A stretch of 64,000 nucleotides of DNA from Antedon mediterranea (lineage: Eukaryota > Animalia > Echinodermata), in the NCBI RefSeq assembly GCF_964355755.1, contig NC_092671.1, positions 36,838,304 through 36,902,303 of the forward strand, in the 5' to 3' direction. This document shows, in pieces, positions 1-10,850 of this stretch. A model generated the notes under the pieces. The model ran no database searches. It saw nothing but the letters and a program-made list of their open reading frames with translations, and was not told the origin of the DNA. Every line of letters starts with the position of its first letter. Position 1 is the stretch's first letter. The translations under genes were made by a program, and so were the position numbers.

Positions 1-440
1 AGGAAATAAATAGTATTCCTGTATAATATAATAATCAATAATAAAGTATAAAAAAAAGTGTTGTGTAAACGAACGTTTTTTACGCTTCGAATTTTCTGTT
101 ACATTATGTTTGAATTGAAGCTACAGATATTGAATCATGGACCTATAAATTAGTAATTTATAGGTCCATGATTGAACATATCGTCACTCACCACACATTT
201 TTTGTTTTGTATTTCGAAAGTATTTATTCTAAAGAACAATTGATGCAAACATCAACTGCGTATCTTATTTCATTAATTAATTATATTAATTATAATTTGG
301 CGATTATTCGTCACACGAAGAGTCGAATATCGATTCGTCTCGTCATGGGAAGAAAACGTGCATTGCGCACACTGTTTACGCGCCTCAACAATAAACGGCG
401 AATATGCGATTCGTCACTTATGGAACGCCGTTTTACACAA

Positions 441-1341
441 GTTTTTGGCGATGATAAAAATTGCGTCGATGATGAAATTGCGTCGATGAAAATTGCATCG
501 ACGCAATGTAGATTGCGTCGATGCAATGTAGATTGCGTCGACGCAATTTACATTGCGTCGATGAAAATTGCATCGATGAAAATTGCGTCGATGAAAATTG
601 CGTCGATGAAAACTGCATCGATGAAAATTGCGTCGATGAAAACTGCATCGATGAAAATTGATGTGATGAATTTAATTGATTATGAAAATTCCAAATGGTT
701 TTAATTCAATCAATGATGAAAATTACTACTAGTAAAGTAAATGATGATGTTAATAATGATGTTAATAATGTTATTATGTTGCTAAAAATTGACGGTTTCT
801 GAATATTTTGATATGATAAACATGTTTACCGCTTGCGCTAGCGCGCGTTATAGACAAGCGCACAGTGATCGCGCACTAAAACAATGTTGAAATATATGCA
901 CTGATTAACATTTTAGTGATTTATTGTCAACACATTTTAGCAATGGATCCATTATTGTCCTTTCGGACACATTATATCTTCTAGCTAATTGCTTCCGTTA
1001 ATCCACCAGTTCAGTACATAAAATCCAGATGTCCAGCATCCATGACATCATATTCAAATCATACCGGCAGGGAGATCGCAATTTTCATCGATGAAAACTG
1101 CATCGATGAAAATTTTTTTTTTTTTCATCGATGCAGTTTTCATCGATGCAGTTTTCATCGACGCAATTTTCATCGACGCAATTTTCATCACATTAACGCA
1201 ATTTTCATTACATCGACGCAATTTTCATCGACGCAATGTTCATCACATCATTACATCAATACTATATTCATCGACGCAATTTTCATCACATCGACGCAAT
1301 TTTCATTGCATCATCGACGCGATTTTATCATCGCCTAAACT
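441..1341. mobile_element. Foldback/MITE-like element with inverted arms built of 15-bp tandem repeats
   Basis: The left arm 447-~670 (GGCGATGATAAAA then (GATGAAAATTGCGTC)n) is the reverse complement of the right arm ~1075-1335 ((GACGCAATTTTCATC)n ... TTTTATCATCGCC). The unique AT-rich centre is non-coding. Confidence 0.75.
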
Positions 1342-1714
1342 GGCATTCCATACTAATTGCGTGTGATCTGATTGGTGTATTATAAATAAATTCATCGCGA
1401 TGAATTTTTCAGTAGATGTAATGAGACAGTTCAGTAGATGTAATGACAGTTAATTTAATTGTTCTGCTCTTTTTGTACAAATCTATACTACTTTATATTA
1501 TGGATTTTGTAGTACTGTTAAAATTATTAAATCTCTGGAAGTGTGTTTTACGAGTATGTCCGCAAATTTATGCGTTTACGGTTTTAAAATGTGAGTTTTA
1601 AATAGCGAACATGATCTTGTTAGGTGCACTACGCACGCAGTATTCCAAAATGTCTTACTAATTGGGAGAAAATCATATTGTATCATATCATATTATATCC
1701 ATTCTTTAAATTCA

Positions 1715-3032
1715 TATTCTTTATCCAAAACTAAATTGGTATAGTAAAACACAGTGCTAGCAATTTATCATATTATTAAATGTTTCATATTCTTTATCAT
1801 TGTGTTTTACTCTAATCAAATTGGTATAGTAAAACACAGTGCTAAATTGCTATGTGAATGTCATTTATCATATTTTTAAATGTTTCCTATTCTTTATCAT
1901 TGTGCTTTACCATAACCAAATTGGTTATAGTAAAACACAGTGCTAAATTGCTATGTAAATGTTATTATCATATTATTAAATTCCTATTCTTTATCATTGT
2001 GTTTTACTCTAACCAAATTGGTTATAGTAAAACACAGTGATAAATTGCTATGTAAATGTAATTTATCATATTATTAAATGTTTCCTATTCTTTATCATTG
2101 TGTTTTACTCTAACCAAATTGGTTATAGTAAAACACAGTGATAAATTGCTATGTAAATGTAATTTATCATGTTATTAAATGTTTCCTATTCTTTATCGTT
2201 GAGTTTTACTCTAATCAAATTGGTTATAGTAAAACACAGTGCTAAATTGCTATGTAAATGTTATATATCATATTATTAAATGTTTCCTATTCTTTATCAT
2301 TGTGTTTTACTTTAATCTGATTGGTTATAGTAAAACACAGTGCTAAATTGCTATGTGAATGTCATTTATCATGTTATTAAATGTTTCCTATTCTTTATCA
2401 TTGTGCTTTACTCTAACCAAATTGGTTATAGTAAAACACAGTGCTAAATTGCTATGTAAATGTCATTTATCATGTTATTAAATGTTTCTTATTCTTTATC
2501 ATTGTGTTTTACTCTAACCAAATTGGTTATAGTAAAACACAGTGATAAATTGCTATGTAAATGTAATTTATCATGTTATTAAATGTTTCCTATTCTTTAT
2601 CGTTGTGTTTTACTCTAATCAAATTGGTTATAGTAAAACACAGTGCTAAATTGCTATGTAAATGTTATATATCATATTATTAAATGTTTCCTATTCTTTA
2701 TCATTGTGTTTTACTCTAATCTGATTGGTTATAGTAAAACACAGTGCTAAATTGCTATGTGAATGTCATTTATCATGTTATTAAATGTTTCCTATTCTTT
2801 ATCATTGTGCTTTACTCTAACCAAATTGGTTATAGTAAAACACAGTGCTAAATTGCTAAATGTCATATATCATGTTATTAAATGTTTCTTATTCTTTATC
2901 ATTGTGTTTTACTCTAACCAAATTGGTTATAGTAAAACACAGTGCTAAATTGCTATGTAAATGTAATTTATCATATTATTAAATGTTTCCTATTCTTTAT
3001 CATTGTGTTTTACTCTAACCAAATTGGTTATA
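1715..3032. repeat. Tandem satellite, ~100-101 bp unit, ~13 copies, each holding a ~53-bp palindrome
   Basis: The unit TATTATTAAATGTTTCCTATTCTTTATCATTGTGTTTTACTCTAACCAAATTGGTTATAGTAAAACACAGTGCTAAATTGCTATGTAAATGTCATTTATCA recurs at ~1771, 1871, 1971, 2070, 2170, 2271 and onward. Confidence 0.95.
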
Positions 3033-3145
3033 ATTTATTTAATTTCATTTCAAAAGACATTTACCTAAATTGCTATTTAATTATAGTAAAACACTGTGCT
3101 AAATTGCTATTGTATTAAGGACGAGTTCCGAGAAGATGTATTCAA

Positions 3146-3204
3146 AGCTACAACCAATCAGAACAGTGTTAATCAATATAGTCCATGGCTACAGCCAATC
3201 AGAA
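3146..3204 (+). promoter_or_regulatory. Two tandem CCAAT boxes upstream of KIAA1328-like gene
   Basis: GCTACA(A/G)CCAATCAGAA occurs twice (CCAAT at 3154 and 3195), 200-240 bp upstream of ATG 3395. Confidence 0.4.
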
Positions 3205-3394
3205 ACGTCCAAATCGCAATAACCCCTAGGCTAATAGAAATTATTGGTCCGAGTAGCCTTTTCAACCAGACGTTGCGAGGTTTAAAAAGTAAAACATGAT
3301 TTACTCGCCAGTTTGGTATAGTTTATATACCTGCCATTTGACCTCACCACACACCGCCAAAATTAAAAACAACATTTTATCTAGCCAGGAGAAA

Positions 3395-6300
3395 ATGTCG
3401 TCTCTCAGTAGAGAGGATGGCATTGAATATGAAGTTTACTGGACAAAATATGGTTATTAAGTTCTTGCGATGTGTAATTATTCAAGATAAAACTGTAGTA
3501 TTTATTTGTATAATGGTGGATTACCTATTAAGCCCTTATTAGCTATGTGGAATTACCTTCTTTGAGAGTGAGCTGAGAGGCTAGGCCTAGCTAGGCTAGC
3601 CAATGTTGGGCAAGTCTCTAACAAAAGGGCTTTCCTACCTCCTCCTAGCCTCTAGTCTTAGTTTAGGTAGGCCAAGTAGTAGTAGTAGGCAGGGCTAGAA
3701 TAGCTAGGGGTAGTACAGTTGTAGTCCTTTTTACAAACTTTATATCATTTAAAATCAAGTGAATAGTATTTATATTCATTATGTCTAAAGATACGGTACC
3801 GTATCCATACTTTTAAAAACTAAAGGTACGGTAATTATAGAGGGCGCTTTGTAATCTGGATGTTAATCAAATAGGTTATTGCATTGGTTTTCTGCAAGCC
3901 AGCTGTGTAGCCTAGTGGGCATGTGGTGAGGCTTTGGCTTAAGAGGTTGTAGGTTCGATACTCTTCTTGACGTCTTTTTTTAATTTTTTTTTTTTAGTTT
4001 TTAATTTAAGAGAGATTATTTAGAGGGTTAGGTTTTTAATATTTAGGAAGGAGTTTAATATTTAGGAACGAGTTTTATATTTAGGTACGAGTTTTAGGAA
4101 TGCAATTTTACCGTACTTTTAGCAAACGGAAGCGCCCTCTATAATTACCGTATCTTTAGTTTTTAAAAGCATGGATACGGTACCGTATCTTTAGCAACGG
4201 CGATTTATATTATGTAAATACAGTATTAAAATGTGCTTTCAAATTCAGATTTGACCATAAATTAAAACATTATTAATCTTAATTTGTTTTTATTTTATTA
4301 TAGAAAGTGATGAAAGTTCTTCTGAAGCATTTATTCCTGGTAAATAAATCTACCCAACACACAAAAAAAAAAGATTATTGCATCTCTTGAATGAAGAAGC
4401 CGGCATACATGCATGTGAAAGCTCATTTGGATGAAAAATAGACAAAAAATATTGTGTCTAAAAACGTAAACAGACTAGTGAAGTGGAATAAACACATCTC
4501 TCTGACTACTGGTAAATGCAATAAACTTGTAGGATTTATTAAGAGGTGTGTTAGAACCAATGATCAGACCGTTTTTCCTAAATTATTTAAGTCTATCATT
4601 AGGCCTGTAATTGAATACGCTTCACCTGTCTGGTTTCCATTTCTGCAAAGCACCATCAATCAGATTGAATCTGTTCAGAGACGCTTTACACGATCATGCT
4701 TCCCACGTTTTTTTCACATGGATTATGACATGCGGCCGTCATACGAACAAAGGTTACGGACTCTAAAATTACCCACGATTTATAATAGACTTAAATTCAT
4801 CCGTGTTAAATTTGTTGTGAAGTGCCTCTGTACAGATTTCCTAATTGATGGTGCTTTGCTACCTAAACCTGTTGAACGTAGAAGTGAGAAACTTGTTTTC
4901 AGACATGAGAAGTCTCGTACTAATGCTTTTTTTTATTCTGTTTTTATTTCATTTCCACGGATGTGGGATGAGATTCCGGTATATATAACAGACATGTTTA
5001 TTTATAATGATTGCAATTTTTATTCTGTTTTATATAAATTCTATGTTACCGGGTTGTTAAATGTTTATCCTTGTTAATGTTATTTTGCCACCAGCACTAT
5101 CAGGAGAGTCTTTTATAGCGATATTTTTTGCTTTTTGACAATCCGCCAGGATAGTGTTCTGCGCTTTTTCTCTGCTTGTTGTTGTTCTATGTAATATATG
5201 CTTTTTGTATTGTTTTTGTATTATTTTTTCTGGATAATAAATGAATATATGAATATGAATACTAGTAAATAATAACCCGCATAAATGTAGATGTCGCCTA
5301 ATTAATTTATGGCAGTAACATTTTGAAATATTGAATTTTTATTGTTTATTTATTATAGGATTGACACAAAATAATAAAATGAAATCTTCAAAATTGAATG
5401 AAAAGAGAGTAAATTCAACAAAGTCAAACTCAGTGAAACAACGGCGATTAAAATCCGATAAAGAGGTAAAGTCATCTGTATATTCGACCTGTCATAATAA
5501 TATAAAACTAAATCATAATAATAAAGAAAAATTAATACAAACAATTATATAAAATACAATGATATATAGCAAAAATACAAAGTGGTTCAGTATGTAAAAC
5601 AGAATGTCTTTGATTTTAGAATTCAAATATGAAAGAAGATCGAGACAAGCCATCTTTAAAAGATTTATGTGCAGAAGACAAGACGCGGGTTGCCAACTTG
5701 ATAAGAGAGTTAGCCAAGTATGTCATGCAGTAATGTAGCTAAACAAGTATAAAGCTCTGTCCACACTATCAAACTTTATGTTGCAAAAAAACATGATGTG
5801 CCCATATCCAAATCACTACCATATTTGGGCATATCACTACCATATTTAGGAACATCACCCTTTTCTTCAAACTAGTTAGTGTAGAAAGGGCTTTAGGGTG
5901 GTGTTAAAAGTTATGGATACGGTAGGAAAGAAGGTTTCTTGGTTTCTTGGTTCTATGGTGAGATTATACTTATTATTCTCTGTCTACACTATCAAACATT
6001 ATGTAAAAACAAAATTTGATGTACTCATATATGGTGGTGATATGCCCAAATATGGTAGTGATATAAAATCATATCCATATATGGGCACATCACATAAAGT
6101 TTGATAGTGTAGACAGAGCTTAACACAAGTTAAACTTGTACACTTATAATTAGTGCCTAGTAAATAATACTTTGTATCAGTATCTTTTGATGCATATAGC
6201 TATGTTGACAAGTATATTTATCTCTTTTTTGCAACCTTATAGAACGGGTCGAGAAAAGGACAATGCAACAAATGAGTTGGAATCAGAAAGGAAAAAATAT

Positions 6301-9300
6301 CACCTACAAGAACAGCAAAGCAAAGAGCAGTTAAAGTTGTTGGAAAAGGAAAGAGACAATATCTTTACTGGTTTTTGAAAGCAAACTAGTTAGCTAGCCA
6401 ACTAGTTAATGTTAGGTGGTATAAAGCTCTGTCTACACTATCAAATATTTGACCACATCAAACTTTTTTTGTCAAACTAGTTTGATAGTGTAGACAGAGG
6501 TTTAGACACAGATTAGAGCAAAGCTGTTGTTTATAATGAGTGAAGAGTTGGCTGAAAGGTTTTTAATTGATAAGAATTCAAATTACTTTCCCACTTCTTT
6601 TCAGCACAACTGTATCTCTACAATATGTAAACTAAATACAATCTATGATAACAACAACAAACAAATCTAATTCTTAACTCTTCGTACCAGTAAAGAAACA
6701 CTATGTTGACTGTCAACAGCTTCTTGCGCAATACCAGAAGGAACTAAACGAAGAACAGTTAAAGGTGGCAGAAGCTGTCGAAAAGAACAGGGAAAAAGAG
6801 AAAGCTCTGAAAGCTGCACAAGAGATGGCAGAACAGAAAGCAGCGTTGGCTGCCAAAGTTGATGCGGAGAAGGAACGAGAGATTGCAGAGAAAGCTGCCC
6901 AGATTGTTGCGGAAAAAGAAATTGCAGACCAGAAGAGATCATTGATTGCTGAGAATGAAAGGTTTGCAATGGTGAGTAGGTAATGGAAATGAGGTGGATA
7001 ATGTACATCTTTCTATGTTTCTGCAAAACTAGAAATATTTTTTTTTCTCTTTCCAGTATCAGAATGGTGATCAGAACCGGTCAAGACAAAATAGAACAAA
7101 ATCTTCACATCAAAATCATTCCACAGTTGGTCCTCCTAAAGTGCATACAAAGATTCCTGTTGAGGGAGAGTTCTATCCAGCTATGACCAGTACAAATCGT
7201 ACCAAACTTGTAGGAGAATTTTATCCAGCTATGACCAGTACAAACCGTGCCCAACATAATGGAGAATTTTATCCAGTTATGATCAGTACAAACCAGTTAC
7301 ATCATCATTTATCTCAGAATATTCCTCCACAATCAAAGGAATTAAGAAACCAGGCAAATAACCTCAAGGATCCAAACTGGTTTGTCAATGATGTAGAAGA
7401 TCCCAGGAGGTCAGTGGAAGAGTTCCACGCTCTTGAAGCTCAAGTCGATGACACTCCAACATTAGAAGATGGTTTTACACCGATGTTACCGGTTGAACGT
7501 CAAGAGTATAACGATACTGCCCCAGAGTACAGACAGAGCTACATGCACTTGACATCTGAACAAAGATGGAATGAACTTCTACAGCACAGAAAAAAACTGC
7601 GTGACGAACAAGAATGGCTTCGGAGAAAGCTTCATGAGCAAGAAGAGTTGTTAAAACATCGACACAAAGTGGAGACTCATGTTGCAACAAAGCCTTTAAC
7701 TCCTGCTCACTTGTTATCAGAACAGCATAGTGAACCTGGTTGGCCAGTGTCACCTTCAAGGCCTACTCCTTCTCATCGAAAATCTGAACCAGTATCAACT
7801 CAGAATATGAGAAATGGACATCCTGATGAAAGGATTAACAGTGGCTATCTTTCAAGAGCCTTTAGTAGCCATCAACCAGGTAGTAGAAGACTGGTTTCAG
7901 AACCTAGACATAAAGCTGTTGCCATGGATGAAAGAGATGTAATAGCTAAGCAGAACCATCTGCATACACCTCCTTCGAAACAGACTGTAATAATGAAAGA
8001 CAAAGGTAAGGGAGAATAAAAAATAACACACTTAAAATATTATTATTAAAATAAAGACAGAAACTAAGAAATCAATTTAAACAATGCATAATCTTATTTT
8101 GTAATCTTAAGCTCTGTCTACACTATCAATGTTAAATTCTACTACACTGTTTGCAGTGATACTGTATAATACTATTTTAACATTAAAAAAAAAATCTTTC
8201 TATTTAAAACTAAATCTCAAGTTATGCTGCTGTTTTTTCATGGAGGTAATTGTGGTACAGCGACAACAATGATTTGAACCATTGACTATGGAATTAATAA
8301 GCAAGCATGTCAACCACCAAACTACAGTGCCGCTACAATAGATTTATTAACCTAGAGTCCTTTGATATTTTATACAGGATGTTCACCACTTTATGTTGAA
8401 AGGGAAATACAGACTACATTGAAACAAACTGGTGGTGAGTCAAGAGACCGAGTGCTGGATTCGAACCGTTACAAGACAGATACAAGATATATGGAAAACA
8501 GAAGGTTAGGTATATTTTTTTTACCTCTGCCAAGGAGGTATATGTAGTCGATCGTGTTTGTCTGTCTATTTGTTTGTTAGCAGGATTACTCGAAAAGTAA
8601 TTACAAGATCTTTACCAAAATGGAAATACAGATAGATATGTGGCCAAGGACCACTGCATTACATGTTGGAGGCAATCTGGACCACGGTCCCAATTCTGGA
8701 CCACTTTTTAGTATAATTTTTAGACCTGCTAGTTTTAAAAGATAGACATAGATATTTGTTTTTTGGCGTTGTTGTTCTATTGTTAGTCAACAGAATCTGT
8801 TGTTACTTGAAAGAGTGGTTACATAACCATTACACCAAATTCACATACACATGCTTGTAGTGAAATTAGCCTAAATCACAAACAGCATTAAGACACACAC
8901 AAATATATATATATATATATTTTCCAAGATAAATCTTATGCAGGAGAATGTTACAGTAGGCGGAGGTATGCAGTCTCGTAGTGGCTTTCTAGTTTTAAAT
9001 GAAACTTTGACCAAGAGATGCGCTACAAATTGCAACACACCTAAAGCTCTGTCTGCACTATAAACTTTACATGACAAAAAAATGTGAAGTGCCCATATAT
9101 GGACATGCTGATGTCATATCACTACCATATTTGGGTATATCACTACTATGTTTGGACACATCACACTGTTTTTGTCAAATAGAACGAGTTTTAATGACAC
9201 TATTTGTTTCATATTTGTTATTTTTCCGTAATATAGTTTGTTGAAAGACATCGTAGACACTGTTGAGAATATTGGCATTACAGGGTATGATACGTCTCAA

Positions 9301-9564
9301 GACCCACCTGAAGTTCAACGACACCTTTCTATGCAAAAAGACCAACTTTCATCAACACAACGCACCCTCTATATGCAAGATCAACCATCGTTTCAGCCAC
9401 GCCCTCTATCATCTATTTTTCAAAATCCACTGTCATCTGGTCAACAAAATCCATTCGCAATACAATCGCAAACTTTTTCTAATTCAGACCTTCTTGATAT
9501 TCCTGGCGACGATGACACCGCTGAAGAGTCCCAGATTCTTCAAGATATATTTTTTCTCAAATGA
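3395..9564 (+). CDS. KIAA1328: Hinderin (KIAA1328)-like coiled-coil protein, ~700 aa, 9 coding exons
   Basis: Exons 3395-3452, 4304-4339, 5359-5465, 5620-5717, 6243-6358, 6688-6971, 7057-8005, 8378-8504, 9237-9564 join in frame (2103 nt). Motifs YWTKYESDESSSEAFIPG, SLKDLCAEDKTRVANLIRELAK, DCQQLLAQYQK and C-terminal EESQILQDIFF match the hinderin family as I recall it. Intron 5 is AT-AC. Confidence 0.85.
3785..4194. mobile_element. MITE with ~65-bp terminal inverted repeats and an internal tRNA-like cassette
   Basis: CTAAAGATACGGTACCGTATCCATACTTTTAAAAACTAAAGGTACGGTAATTATAGAGGGCGCTT (3785-3849) is inverted at 4130-4194. Internally, TAGCCTAGTGG (A-box) ... GGTTCGATAC (B-box) is followed by T-runs. 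Confidence 0.8.
4454..5260 (+). mobile_element. 5'-truncated LINE (CR1/L2-like) 3' fragment: RT C-terminal/thumb region plus 3' UTR
   Basis: ORF 4454-5077 has KWNKHI...KCNKLVGFIKR...LFKSIIRPVIEYASPVW.P...IESVQRRFTR...SYEQRLRTLKLPT, typical of the LINE ORF2 C-terminus. It ends in AATAAA and a (TGAATA)n tail near 5237-5260 and lies in intron 2 of KIAA1328. Confidence 0.9.
6359..6687 (+). other. U12-type (minor spliceosome) AT-AC intron
   Basis: 5' end ATATCTTT, branch site TTCTTAAC at 6671-6678, and 3' end ...CGTAC. Removing it restores the frame and a gap-free hinderin motif. Confidence 0.85.
8515..8720 (+). mobile_element. Helentron-associated (HINE/DINE-1-like) element fragment
   Basis: T-rich start TTTTTACCTCTGCCAAGGAGG with a short hairpin, followed by a GTTTGTCTGTCT microsatellite and GTTAGCAGGATTACT. 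Recognised by pattern only. Confidence 0.5.
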
Positions 9565-9697
9565 ACAATAAATTAAATTGAAGAATGCAGTTAATGAAAT
9601 GTATAGTATTTTAGAGAAATAAAGAATTAACATTTTGTACAGATTATGTAATTCTGGGCTATCTGTAATTTTTTTAGAAGACCAAATTAGGACCTAT

Positions 9698-9970
9698 TTG
9701 GCGAGTCAAAAGAGCGGTTAAGACAGGAGTGCCATTTACCGTACCTAAAGAGTCAACGATATCGGCATGGGTTCTCACTTCTAGTTCTGGTGGTGGAACA
9801 AGTCTTCTTGGATAAGGACTCTAAACCGTAGGTACATAGTTATCATCCGTGTGCATTTTAAGGAACCCAGCTCATTAAAAGACGAGTAGGGGGTTATCCC
9901 AGTGAACTGTTTACAAAATAGCCCCTGCATCAGGGGGATTACCACCTATCTAAAGACATAAAATAAAAAT
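9698..9970 (+). mobile_element. tRNA-derived Deu-domain SINE, degenerate copy
   Basis: GAGCGGTTAAGAC (A-box region), GGGTTC (B-box), then AGTCTTCTTGGATAAGGACTCTAAACCGTAGG...AAGGAACCC...GAGTAGGGGG. Homologous to 45766-46170 (-) and ~44435-44590 (+). Confidence 0.65.
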
Positions 9971-10599
9971 ATTGAATACTCAAAACAGAACAACAATTCA
10001 ACACTTTCCAATGTTTAATTGATACTTTTAAAAGTCAAGTTTTACATAATTATTTTACAAAGCTATATACAAAAGTTTACATGTTTGCAAATAAAACTAA
10101 TTCTGTTAAAAAAAACACTAAAATAAAAATGGTCCTAATAGTCTAACCCTATTATATATCATGGTATAATACTAAATTTATACACACTTTTCAGCTGTCA
10201 AGTGTATAGCTTGAAACTGCACAAAGTATTACAAATATGAACTGTTTAAATGTTCGAAAATACTTGGATTTTGGCTTACAACCAGTATTATGTATTGGGT
10301 CAAGTTTGAATTTGTTTTAACTGCACTTATAATCTACATTAATTGCTATAGTACTGTGCTACTGGCAACCATAACTTACTTCTTATACAATAAATAGTAT
10401 ATTTGAGCATTGCATAAAATTGATAAAGAGAAATTAATTGTATGACAGACAGACATCTAACATATGGAAAACAATTTCTTATTAACATTTTGTTTTATAT
10501 TAATTTATTTTTTTTATATTTTATTCATTTGATATCAAGCATGATTTTCTGGAGCTAAAATGTATATATCTTGTATAGAATAACAGTGGCATCAGCCAG

Positions 10600-10806
10600 T
10601 GAATATTCAACAAGCTTATGAATATTCAACAAGTAAATGAATATTCAACAATCTTTTAGTAAACAAACAAGCTTATACTAATATTCAGCTTTTGAATATT
10701 CAACAAGCTTTTGAATATTCAACAAACTTATAAATATTCAACAAGCTTATGAATATTCAACAAGCTTATAAATATTCAACAAGCTTATAAATATTCAACC
10801 AGCTTC
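10600..10806. repeat. 19-bp minisatellite just downstream of the PSAT1 stop codon (likely 3' UTR)
   Basis: (AATATTCAACAAGCTTATG)n, ~9-10 imperfect copies. Confidence 0.9.
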
Positions 10807-10850
10807 ATAAACAATTAAACAGTATGCGATGTTTGGTGAGCATTGATAAT

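Noticed and set aside
168-1366. ORFs with MKIAS / IDAIF repeats
   Set aside because: They are translations of the 15-bp minisatellite arms, open on both strands, with no protein motif or splice context.
3898-3970. Functional tRNA gene (also tRNA-like bits at ~12150-12190, ~33205-33235, ~39455-39515, ~40185-40240)
   Set aside because: A/B boxes are recognisable but I cannot fold a proper cloverleaf, so I treat them as SINE or pseudo-tRNA remnants.
8944-8965. Possible extra hinderin micro-exon (CAG|GAGAATG...GAG|GTATG)
   Set aside because: It introduces an in-frame TAG and shifts phase, and exons 8 and 9 already join in frame without it.
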